From NCBI GenBank assembly GCA_041936745.1, contig JBHGWS010000135.1, positions 1-61,868 of the forward strand: DNA of 61,868 nt, read 5' to 3'. Position 1 is the stretch's first letter. Each line of letters begins with the position of its first letter. The position numbers and the translations under genes were made by a program. The DNA is from Candidatus Darwinibacter acetoxidans. GTDB lineage: Bacteria; Bacillota; Limnochordia; Darwinibacteriales; Darwinibacteriaceae. A model generated the notes under the pieces. That model saw only the letters and a list, made by a program, of their open reading frames with translations. It did no database searches and had not been told where the DNA came from. Positions 10,450 to 18,849 of the stretch are shown here, piece after piece.

Positions 10450-10852
10450 AATCCCAATTGAGGTGCGTTATGCGGAGACGGATCAGATGGGTGTTGTGTA
10501 CCACGCCAATTATCTGATCTGGTTTGAGGTTGGCCGCACCGCTCTTTTAGACAGCATCGGCCTTGACTATTTCCGCTTGGAAGAAGAAGGGTTTGTTTCC
10601 CCGGTTTTAAAAGTGGCGGCCAGTTTTCACCGGCCCGCTCGTTACGGCAAAGAGGCACTGGTTCGAACCTGGGTTGAAGCCTACGATGGGCTGAGAATTA
10701 CTTACGGTTACGAAATTCTAAGCGGCGGCCAGCTTTGCGTGACCGGTACTACCGTCCATGTGCTTGTGCGCAGGGAAGACTTTCGGCCCGTCTCCCTCAG
10801 GCGGCACTTCCCAAAGTGGGATGCTGTTTATAATAAACTAAAGCATAATTAA
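10436..10852 (+). CDS. Acyl-CoA thioesterase (YbgC/YneP hotdog fold)
   Basis: VRYAETDQMGVVYHANYLIWFEVGR signature. Confidence 0.9.
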   Translation: MKVIEIPIEVRYAETDQMGVVYHANYLIWFEVGRTALLDSIGLDYFRLEEEGFVSPVLKVAASFHRPARYGKEALVRTWVEAYDGLRITYGYEILSGGQLCVTGTTVHVLVRREDFRPVSLRRHFPKWDAVYNKLKHN

Positions 10853-10869
10853 GACTGCTTTTATCAGCG

Positions 10870-10893
10870 GCGGCCCTGCGGGGCCGTTTTTTT
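10870..10893 (+). terminator. Intrinsic terminator
   Basis: GCGGCCC-tgcg-GGGCCGT followed by a T-run. Confidence 0.8.
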
Positions 10894-10983
10894 GTATAAT
10901 TAACAATCGGCGCTAAAGGGCTTAGGACTGGGCTTTTTATGGATGGTTAATAAGAAAAGGTAAAGGAAATCCCGGAAAATATG

Positions 10984-11012
10984 TTGACGATATAAAGCCC
11001 GGCCTATATAAT
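10984..11012 (+). promoter_or_regulatory. sigmaA promoter of the catabolic operon
   Basis: TTGACG (10984-10989), 17 bp spacer, TATAAT (11007-11012). Confidence 0.8.
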
Positions 11013-11042
11013 GAAACACAGACAAACTAAATTTCACATAGA

Positions 11043-11056
11043 TGAACAAAAGTTCA
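11043..11056. promoter_or_regulatory. Palindromic operator, probably for the SorC/DeoR regulator
   Basis: TGAAC-AAAA-GTTCA perfect inverted repeat between promoter and RBS; fits the TGAA-N6-TTCA spacing of the B. subtilis DeoR operator. Confidence 0.6.
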
Positions 11057-11079
11057 AGATGAGAAATGAGGTGATAAAA

Positions 11080-12063
11080 ATGTATAACAGTGAACATGTC
11101 TTAATGACCAAGATCGCGATCCTTTATTACGAAGACGGCTATACTCAGGAAGAAATAGGGCAAATGTTAAACATGTCCAGGCTGCAGGTACATAGGCGAT
11201 TGAAAGCTGCAGTGGATTCTCACATCGTGGAGATTCGGGTCGAATCGGAATATCGGAATCCGGCTCTGTTAGAGACAGCTTTAAAAGATATATTCAACCT
11301 AAAACATGTTGTCGTGGTAAGAAGCTCTACAGACTTCGATACAAATGTGAAAAACTTGGCGCAGGGCGGAGCGGAGCTTCTGCTGAAGGTTGCCCAACCG
11401 GGTGATCACCTGGCGGCTTCTTGGGGCAACACTGTTTCTAAAATTCCGCCGTTTTTAGAAGGGAACGAACTGGACATCACTGTTGGCAATATTGTGGGCG
11501 GCCTGTCGGTTTTTGGTGATAAGGGGGCGCAGGAGGTGGCAATGAGAATTGCCTTGGCCTTAAAGGCCACTCCCAGGTTGTTAAACCTGCCTTATAAGCT
11601 GGAAACGCGGCAGATGCGCGATTTGATTTTACAAGATGAAAGCGTTAAAAAAGACCTCAAAACACTGAAATCCTGCGATTTAGCTGTTGTGGGCATCGGC
11701 TACATCGGCCAAAATCCCGACGGTGGGGTTATCTCTCAGTATAAAGAATCAATGCAGGTGGAGATAAAGAAGCTAATTAAAGAAAAAAATGCCGCCGGGG
11801 AGATTTTCAGCAGGTACTTTGATTCGGCCGGCGAGCCCATCCACATTTCTGCTCTGGAAGACACCGTGATCGGCCTGAGCCTGGAAGATCTAAGACACAT
11901 TCCTTTGACCATCGGTGTTGCGGGCGGCATCGAGAAAACCCGGGCAATTGTCGGCGCTCTGCGGGGTAGATTCATCAACTGCCTGGTCACTGACGAAATA
12001 ACGGCACAAGCGGTAATCGATGCAGAAAAAAATGCTGCCGGTGAGACTGAGAAAACAGGGTAG
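11080..12063 (+). CDS. Sugar-binding transcriptional regulator, SorC/DeoR(Bs)/LsrR family
   Basis: N-terminal IAILYY...TQEEIG...SR...R HTH; SWGNT, GG, VVGIG, GVAGG.EK..AI.GAL.G..IN.LVTD sugar-binding domain; ATG 11080 after GAGGTG. Confidence 0.92.
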   Translation: MYNSEHVLMTKIAILYYEDGYTQEEIGQMLNMSRLQVHRRLKAAVDSHIVEIRVESEYRNPALLETALKDIFNLKHVVVVRSSTDFDTNVKNLAQGGAELLLKVAQPGDHLAASWGNTVSKIPPFLEGNELDITVGNIVGGLSVFGDKGAQEVAMRIALALKATPRLLNLPYKLETRQMRDLILQDESVKKDLKTLKSCDLAVVGIGYIGQNPDGGVISQYKESMQVEIKKLIKEKNAAGEIFSRYFDSAGEPIHISALEDTVIGLSLEDLRHIPLTIGVAGGIEKTRAIVGALRGRFINCLVTDEITAQAVIDAEKNAAGETEKTG

Positions 12064-12153
12064 AAGAAAGGAGGCGAGGCGTAAGTTTCGGCACTAACTG
12101 AATAAAAACTAAAATCTATCAGCTATCAGATCCGAAGAGGAGGTCATTACAAA

Positions 12154-13182
12154 ATGACAAGAAAGAAATGTCTCAGTTCAGTTTTAGCAGTCTGCGCTGT
12201 AGTATTGACTGCAGCTTTATTCGCAAGTGGCCCTGCTTTTGCCGCCGATCAGAAATTCAAAGCGGCTATGGTTACAGATGCCGCGGGCTTGGGAGATCAG
12301 AGTTTCAACGACACCGCTTGGGCGGGCCTTAAAAGATTGGAAGAAGAATTCGGTACGCAAATTTCGGTTGTGGAATCAACGGAAATGACACAGTACGTCA
12401 CAAATTTACTCCGTTTGGCAGATTTAGATTACGACATGATTGTAGCTGTCGGGTCGTTGTTGGAAGATGCCATCGAGGACGTTGCGGACCGCAGGCCAAA
12501 CACCAACTTTCTTATGATCGACAGTGTTGCCCAAGGCGACAGCGTTTTATCCGTGCTTTACCGCGAGCAGGAAGGGTCATTTTTAGCCGGGGTTGCCGCA
12601 GGCTTGATGACTAAGGGCAATCGAGTGGGCTTTATCGGCGGCATGGATGTCCCGCCGGTGGAAAGATGGCGTGTTGGCTTTGAGGCAGGCGTTAAAACGG
12701 TAAATCCCGACTGCACAGTTGTTGTGACCTTCATTGAAGACTTCAACGATCCCAATAAAGGCAAGCAGTTGGCCCTCACCCAATACAATTTCGGTATCGA
12801 TATTATCTTTGCCGTGGGCGGCCAATCGGGCTTAGGGGTTATCCATGCAGCGGAAGAAAAAGGCGAAGGTTTCTATGTCATCGGCAGCGACTCCGATCAA
12901 AACCACCTGGCACCGAAAAATGTTTTGGCTTCCGTTGTCAAAGCAGTTGATATGAGTATCTATGAAGCTTTTGCAATTTTAAGGGAAAACGGTAGGTTTT
13001 CCGGCGAAGTTCTCTCTCACGGCCTGCCGGAAGGCGGTATGGCCCTGGCTACGACAGGCGATTTACTGCCTGAAGAGGTGCTGGCAGAAGTTGAATACTG
13101 GCAGGAAAGAGTACTGAACGGCGAAGTTGTGGTGCCGAGCAATCTCAACGAGCTAAAAAGCTTTGCTGCCCCTTCTAAATAG
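12154..13182 (+). CDS. BMP-family ABC substrate-binding protein (nucleoside-type)
   Basis: GLGDQSFND, YREQEGSFLAG, VGFIGG, FNDP.KGK, IG.DSDQ motifs; SPase I-type signal ending AFA-A. Confidence 0.93.
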   Translation: MTRKKCLSSVLAVCAVVLTAALFASGPAFAADQKFKAAMVTDAAGLGDQSFNDTAWAGLKRLEEEFGTQISVVESTEMTQYVTNLLRLADLDYDMIVAVGSLLEDAIEDVADRRPNTNFLMIDSVAQGDSVLSVLYREQEGSFLAGVAAGLMTKGNRVGFIGGMDVPPVERWRVGFEAGVKTVNPDCTVVVTFIEDFNDPNKGKQLALTQYNFGIDIIFAVGGQSGLGVIHAAEEKGEGFYVIGSDSDQNHLAPKNVLASVVKAVDMSIYEAFAILRENGRFSGEVLSHGLPEGGMALATTGDLLPEEVLAEVEYWQERVLNGEVVVPSNLNELKSFAAPSK

Positions 13183-13225
13183 ACAAATCTAATTCTACTC
13201 ACCAAAGACTGGGAGGGACTATACT

Positions 13226-14734
13226 TTGAGTTTAGCGGTAGACATGCGAGGCATCACTAAGCGATTCTCTAAAGTATTAGCTAACGACAAGGTCGACCTG
13301 CAGGTAGAAACCGGGGAAATCCATGCCATTTTGGGCGAAAACGGAGCCGGGAAATCTACTCTGATGAACATTCTGTACGGTCTTTATCAGCCTGACGCAG
13401 GAGAAGTTCGTATTAACGGTGAATTGAAATCGTTTCGCAATTCCAGGGAAGCCGTCCAAGCCGGGATAGGCATGGTTCACCAGCATTTTATGCTCATACC
13501 TACATTGACGGTGGCTCAAAACATTATCTTGGGGCAGGAAATTGAAAAAAACGGGCTGTTGGCCGCAAAACTTGCCGACCAAGTGATTAAAGATTTATCC
13601 AAGCAACACGGCCTAAGGGTCGACCCCCAAGCCTATGTGCGGGATATATCCGTTGGTATTCAGCAGAGGGTGGAGATCTTAAAAATACTGTACAGGAAAG
13701 CAAAGATCATTGTTCTCGACGAACCGACGGCTGTTTTGACGCCGCAGGAAGTAGGGGAGCTGTACGAAATTCTCAACAACCTGAAAAACTCCGGCCACAC
13801 CATAATCTTCATAACCCACAAAATCAAAGAAATCAAAGATATCAGCGATAGAGTAACCGTTTTAAGAGACGGCCGATTTATAAAAACAGTCAAGACAAAA
13901 GAAGTCGACCACCAAGAGCTGGCTCGGTTGATGGTTGGCAGGCCTGTAGAATTAGTATGCCACAAGGACCCTCCCCGCATCGGGGGAGTGGTTCTTGCGG
14001 TGAACAACCTGCAGGCGGAAAATGAGCGGGGCACACCTGCACTGAAGGGAATTGATTTGGTAGTCAGGCGGGGAGAAATTGTCGGTATTGCCGGAGTTGA
14101 CGGTAACGGCCAGACTGAATTGATCGAGTGCCTGGCCGGGCTGAGGCAGCCGACTTGTGGGACAATTAAGCTCTGCGGACAGGATATTACGGGCTGTGAT
14201 CCGGAAACAGCTTACAAAACGGGCCTGGGGCACATCCCGGAAGACAGGCATAAACACGGGTTGATCTTGGATTTTTCACTCACGCAAAATCTATTAATGG
14301 GGAATTTGGGCGACAAGCAATTCTTTAAAGGACCGGTGATCGATTACCAAAAAGCCCGCAAGCGGATTACTGAATTAATTGAACGCTATTCCATCAGGGC
14401 ACCTCACGCGGAGGCCAGAGCGGGTGGGCTGTCCGGCGGCAATCAGCAAAAAGTGATTATCGCCCGGGAGATCGATAAGGACCCCGATCTCTTGATTGCG
14501 GCCCAGCCGACCAGGGGTGTGGATGTGGGGGCCATCGAATTTATCCACCGGCAGTTGATTGAACAGCGGGACAAGGGCAAGGGTATTTTGCTTGTATCCA
14601 TGGAATTGGATGAAATTATGCAGCTTTGTGACAGGATTTATGTTATGTATGACGGCTGCTTTGTTGGTGAAATGGACGCAGCAGATGCAACAACCGACAA
14701 TTTAGGCCTTCTTATGGCGGGGGTGAGGGAATGA
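13226..14734 (+). CDS. Nucleoside/sugar ABC ATP-binding protein (double ATPase domain)
   Basis: GENGAGKST, ILDEPT-like DEPT, LSGGNQQK, QPTRGVD motifs. Confidence 0.95.
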   Translation: MSLAVDMRGITKRFSKVLANDKVDLQVETGEIHAILGENGAGKSTLMNILYGLYQPDAGEVRINGELKSFRNSREAVQAGIGMVHQHFMLIPTLTVAQNIILGQEIEKNGLLAAKLADQVIKDLSKQHGLRVDPQAYVRDISVGIQQRVEILKILYRKAKIIVLDEPTAVLTPQEVGELYEILNNLKNSGHTIIFITHKIKEIKDISDRVTVLRDGRFIKTVKTKEVDHQELARLMVGRPVELVCHKDPPRIGGVVLAVNNLQAENERGTPALKGIDLVVRRGEIVGIAGVDGNGQTELIECLAGLRQPTCGTIKLCGQDITGCDPETAYKTGLGHIPEDRHKHGLILDFSLTQNLLMGNLGDKQFFKGPVIDYQKARKRITELIERYSIRAPHAEARAGGLSGGNQQKVIIAREIDKDPDLLIAAQPTRGVDVGAIEFIHRQLIEQRDKGKGILLVSMELDEIMQLCDRIYVMYDGCFVGEMDAADATTDNLGLLMAGVRE

Positions 14735-15852
14735 ACTGTTCCAAAGCAGCAGCTGAAAAAAAGAACACTTTTAGGCACTTCTTGACCCGTGAAAAAACGG
14801 AACCGCTTTTGACAATGCTGTCGTCTTTAATTATTTCATTCTGTATCATCGCAGCACTGCTCCTTTTGACAGGCTACAATCCGGTGTTTGTGTTTTCCAC
14901 GCTGTTTACCGGTGCCTTCGTGGGCGAAGTGAATATTTCGGAAACTCTTTTAAGCGCAACACCTTTAATGCTTTTGGGCTTGGCGGTAGCTTTTTCTTTC
15001 AAAGCGAGCCTTTTAAACATTGGCGTGGAAGGGCAGATGATAGTGGGTGCGCTGGCCGCGGGTGCAGTAGGCATCTACTTGAAAAATATGCCGGCGTTTT
15101 TACACGTCACATTATCTCTCTCGGCGGGAATGGCTGCCGGTGCACTGTGGGCTTTTTTGCCCGGCTACCTGAAGGCCAAAAGGGGTTCCCATGAAGTTAT
15201 CATTACGGTCATGATGAACTACATTTCGTTTCGGGTCTCCGCTTATTTATTGAATGGGCCGCTGAAGGCTCCCGGGGCGAATATTGCCGCTTCGCCGCGC
15301 ATTTTGCCGACGGCAAGGCTGCCCATTTTAATCACCGGCACCAGGTTAAGCATAGGGATTCTTTTTGCACTGCTGACCGCTGCCATCCTGTGGTATATGT
15401 TTCGCTACACAAAATACGGATACGGCGTGGAGGCTGTTGGTTTAAATGCCCATGCCGCAGAGTACTCAGGCATTAAAATTGACCGGACAATAATCACGAG
15501 CATGCTGATCAGCGGTGCTATCGCGGGTTTGGCGGGGGGAGTTGAAATCTTGGGGCTTCATTACCGGGTTTATGACCAGTTTTCACCGGGCTACGGCTTC
15601 GAATCGATAGCAGTTGCTTTAGTAGGCGGCGGCAGCCCCCTGGGAGTTGTCTTATCCGGGCTCCTCTTTGGTGCTTTAAAAGCGGGCTCCGTCAACATGC
15701 AGACCGTTGCGGGGACCAGTAAAGATTTAGTCAAAATCATTCAAGCCATCATCATTTTCTTCGCAGTTGCGGGATTTTCGTTTAAAAACCTGCTTGCGGG
15801 CCTTAGAAGGAAATTTAAAGCGCAAGAGGCTGTACTGCCCGGAGGTGAGTAA
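14731..15852 (+). CDS. Nucleoside ABC permease 1
   Basis: LLNIGVEGQ, HEVIITVMMNYI, GYGFESIAVALVG motifs. Confidence 0.92.
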   Translation: MNCSKAAAEKKNTFRHFLTREKTEPLLTMLSSLIISFCIIAALLLLTGYNPVFVFSTLFTGAFVGEVNISETLLSATPLMLLGLAVAFSFKASLLNIGVEGQMIVGALAAGAVGIYLKNMPAFLHVTLSLSAGMAAGALWAFLPGYLKAKRGSHEVIITVMMNYISFRVSAYLLNGPLKAPGANIAASPRILPTARLPILITGTRLSIGILFALLTAAILWYMFRYTKYGYGVEAVGLNAHAAEYSGIKIDRTIITSMLISGAIAGLAGGVEILGLHYRVYDQFSPGYGFESIAVALVGGGSPLGVVLSGLLFGALKAGSVNMQTVAGTSKDLVKIIQAIIIFFAVAGFSFKNLLAGLRRKFKAQEAVLPGGE

Positions 15853-16774
15853 AATAATTTACCAGATTTGCATTACATTAATCAACACGACGCTGCGCAT
15901 GGCAACTCCGCTCATCTTCGCGGCTTTAGGCGGCACTTTCTCCGAAAGATCGGGGATAATTAACTTGGCCTTGGAAGGCATCATGCTGGCAGGGGCGTTT
16001 GGCGGCGTCTTCGGTTCCTATTACACCAGTAACATACTGTTGTCAGTTATTGCGGCAATGCTCACAGGTGGCTTAATGGCCTTGATTTTAGCTTACGTCA
16101 GCATCAATCACAAGGCAAACCAAGTGGTTGTCGGTACGGCAATCAATATGCTTTCTGTGGGGCTTTTAGGCTATTTGCTCCTGGAGCTTTGGAACCAAGC
16201 GGGCCGCTCACCCATGGTGGCCAAGGTTAAGCCGTTAAATTTTCCCTTTCTTAAGTCAGTGCCCTTTTTAGGCGATGTCCTCAACGGCTTGGATATTTTC
16301 GTTTACCTGGCCCTTCTTTTGGTCCCCCTGGCGCACATTGTACTTTTTAAAACGAAGTTCGGCCTCCGGGTGCGGGCTGTTGGTGAACATCCCATGGCGG
16401 CGGAAACAGCGGGCATCAATGTGAATGCGGTACGCTACGTCTGCGTAGTGTTAAGCGGCGTTTTAGCGGGGATTGGCGGTGCTTATCTCTCCATCGGCGA
16501 GCTTGGCATGTTTACAAATCAGATGACTGCCGGCCGGGGCTTTATCGCCATGGCGGCTATGATTTTCGGGAAATGGTCCCCGGGCAAAGCTTTCGCCGCC
16601 TGCCTGATGTTTGGTGCTGCGGAAGCTTTGCAGATGGCGGGCCAAGTGTTGGGCTGGCCCATCCCCAAAGATGTCTTAATCGCCTTTCCCTATATCTTAA
16701 CAATTGTAGTATTAGCCGGCTTTGTCGGGCGGGCCGTAGCACCTGCCGCACTCGGCAAACCTTATCCTGAATAA
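15845..16774 (+). CDS. Nucleoside ABC permease 2
   Basis: ATPLIFAALGGTFSERSGIINLALEG, RVRAVGEHP, GRGFIAMAA; start uncertain (GTG 15845 overlapping the upstream stop). Confidence 0.9.
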   Translation: MSKIIYQICITLINTTLRMATPLIFAALGGTFSERSGIINLALEGIMLAGAFGGVFGSYYTSNILLSVIAAMLTGGLMALILAYVSINHKANQVVVGTAINMLSVGLLGYLLLELWNQAGRSPMVAKVKPLNFPFLKSVPFLGDVLNGLDIFVYLALLLVPLAHIVLFKTKFGLRVRAVGEHPMAAETAGINVNAVRYVCVVLSGVLAGIGGAYLSIGELGMFTNQMTAGRGFIAMAAMIFGKWSPGKAFAACLMFGAAEALQMAGQVLGWPIPKDVLIAFPYILTIVVLAGFVGRAVAPAALGKPYPE

Positions 16775-16819
16775 AATTCTGCTGAAATGAACAAGTGACA
16801 ACCAGAATGGAGGGAAACC

Positions 16820-17842
16820 ATGGAAATGAAAACGGCGCGATTTTTAGGTAATAAAAAGGTGGCGCTTGAAAGAAAAGAAAAACCGAAGGCCGGCCCGGGC
16901 CAGGTCGTTATAGAAGTTAAAGCCTGCGGGCTCTGCGGGTCCGAGCGGCCCCAATACCTAGCGGGCTTCCACCACCACCAAGGCCATGAGGCCGCCGGTG
17001 TGGTCAGCGAGATCGGCGACGGGGTAACAAACGTTAAATTGGGGGAGAGGGTCGTCGGCTATTTAACGGGCTTTTGCGGTGAATGCGAGGCCTGCAAAGC
17101 GGGCTTAACGACAGCCTGCCAAGCCTACCCGGAAAAGGAGAATATGGGCTGGGCCTATCCCGGCGGCTTTGCGGAATATCTGCTGGTTGATGCACAAAAT
17201 GCACTGCCCTTAGATGACAGCTTATCTTTTGCTGAGGGAGTCTTACTTTTAGATACTTTAGGGACTCCTTATCACGGCCTGCGTCTCGCCGGCGCCAAAA
17301 AGGCAAAAACAGCCGCTGTCATCGGCTGCGGCACCGTAGGCTTAGGAACAGTAATCATCTTGAAATCCCTCGGCGTGGAAAAAATCTTCGCCAGCGATGT
17401 TTCCGCCTACCGGTTGGAAAAAGCTGCCGAGTTCGGCGCAGTCGCCATCGATGCGGCCAAACACGATGTTGTTGAATTTATCAGGGAAAACACTGCGAAT
17501 TCAGGCGTGGATCTTGTCGTAGAAGCAGTGGGACGGCCGGCAACTTTAGAGCAGGCAGTAAAAGCGGCCCGCTTTGGCGGTACCGTTTTAGGCCTGGGCG
17601 AACAACCTGATGAATTTAAGCTGCAGATCGATTTGGAGATGAGGTTGAAAGACTTAACTTTCGTCCGCTCTTGGTACTTTCCCGTCAAGGAATACTACGA
17701 AAACATGGAGCTGATGAAAGACGGTTTCTTTCAAGACATCAATAAGCTGGTTACACACACATTCCCCTTGGAAAAAATGCAAAAAGCGTGCGATCTTTTC
17801 TACGGGGGCGAGACCTTAAAGGCAATTATAAAATTCAGTTAA
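16820..17842 (+). CDS. Zn-dependent (MDR) sugar/polyol dehydrogenase
   Basis: CGLCGSE, GHE, structural Zn C-x2-C-x2-C-x7-C, GCGTVG Rossmann motif. Confidence 0.9.
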   Translation: MEMKTARFLGNKKVALERKEKPKAGPGQVVIEVKACGLCGSERPQYLAGFHHHQGHEAAGVVSEIGDGVTNVKLGERVVGYLTGFCGECEACKAGLTTACQAYPEKENMGWAYPGGFAEYLLVDAQNALPLDDSLSFAEGVLLLDTLGTPYHGLRLAGAKKAKTAAVIGCGTVGLGTVIILKSLGVEKIFASDVSAYRLEKAAEFGAVAIDAAKHDVVEFIRENTANSGVDLVVEAVGRPATLEQAVKAARFGGTVLGLGEQPDEFKLQIDLEMRLKDLTFVRSWYFPVKEYYENMELMKDGFFQDINKLVTHTFPLEKMQKACDLFYGGETLKAIIKFS

Positions 17843-17854
17843 GAGGTGACAGGC

Positions 17855-18820
17855 ATGAAAGCACTAATTACAGCACCTTTTTCGCAAAGCTCTTACGACC
17901 GCCTGGCTGAACACATGGAGGTGGAGTTGGCCGGCTGGGGTGTAGACGGTGAACCAATGAGCAGAGATGTACTTTTAGAAAAAATCAAGAATGTAGATAT
18001 TTTCATCAGCGAAATGGAGTTTGCCGACAAAGAAGTCATTGATGCGGGCAAAAACCTTAAAGTCATCGGCTCCGTGCGGGGAACGCCCTTTAACATCGAT
18101 GCGGAGTACGCCAAAGAAAAAGGAATCATCCCTTTATACACACCGGGCCGTAACGCGATAGGGGTTGCCGAATTGACGTTTTTTCTAATGGGCGAGCTGG
18201 CCCGCCACATTACAAAAGCCCACAACTATATGAAGGCAGGCAAGTGGAGCGCAGACGATGAGATGAGTTATATCAAATTCCGCGGTTTTGAACTTTACGG
18301 CAAACGCCTGGGCTTAGTTGGCCTGGGGGCAATCGGCCTCAAGGTAGCTAAGCTGGCACAGGCTTTTAACATGGAAGTGGCCTGCTACGATCCTTATATT
18401 GACAAAGACTGCGCCGCCGGGCACAACATTGCCCTGGTCGGCCTTAAGGAACTGTTTGCCACAGCTGATTTTGTTTCGGTGCACTGTAAGGTAACGCCGG
18501 AAACAGAAGGGATGATCGATTACGAGCTGTTGAGCTCAATGAAGGAAAGTGCCTATTTTATCAACACCGCCCGCTCCAAGATTACTAAGGAAGCTGACAT
18601 TGTCAGAGTCTTGGAAGAGGGGCGGATTGCAGGAGCAGCTCTCGATGTTTTCGATGAAGAGCCCCTTAATCCCGATCATCCCTTCCTCAAACTCGATAAT
18701 GCCTTTGTGGTACCCCATATCGGCGGGGCCACAGATGAAGTAATAGACCACCATTCAGCCATAATAACTGCTGATTTGATTAGATTTGTCAAAGGCGAAA
18801 AACCGAAGTTCATTGTTTGA
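17855..18820 (+). CDS. D-isomer-specific 2-hydroxyacid dehydrogenase family protein
   Basis: PGRNAIGVAE, GLVGLGAIG, INTAR, LDVF, PHIGG motifs; ATG 17855 after GAGGTG. Confidence 0.9.
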   Translation: MKALITAPFSQSSYDRLAEHMEVELAGWGVDGEPMSRDVLLEKIKNVDIFISEMEFADKEVIDAGKNLKVIGSVRGTPFNIDAEYAKEKGIIPLYTPGRNAIGVAELTFFLMGELARHITKAHNYMKAGKWSADDEMSYIKFRGFELYGKRLGLVGLGAIGLKVAKLAQAFNMEVACYDPYIDKDCAAGHNIALVGLKELFATADFVSVHCKVTPETEGMIDYELLSSMKESAYFINTARSKITKEADIVRVLEEGRIAGAALDVFDEEPLNPDHPFLKLDNAFVVPHIGGATDEVIDHHSAIITADLIRFVKGEKPKFIV

Positions 18821-18849
18821 ACTAAAAATAGGGCGAAAGGAGGGATTTT

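Noticed and set aside
12064-12153. Strong SD-like AAAGGAGG just after the regulator stop, suggesting a hidden small ORF or riboswitch
   Set aside because: No start codon at usable spacing, and no terminator or aptamer structure that I can recognise.
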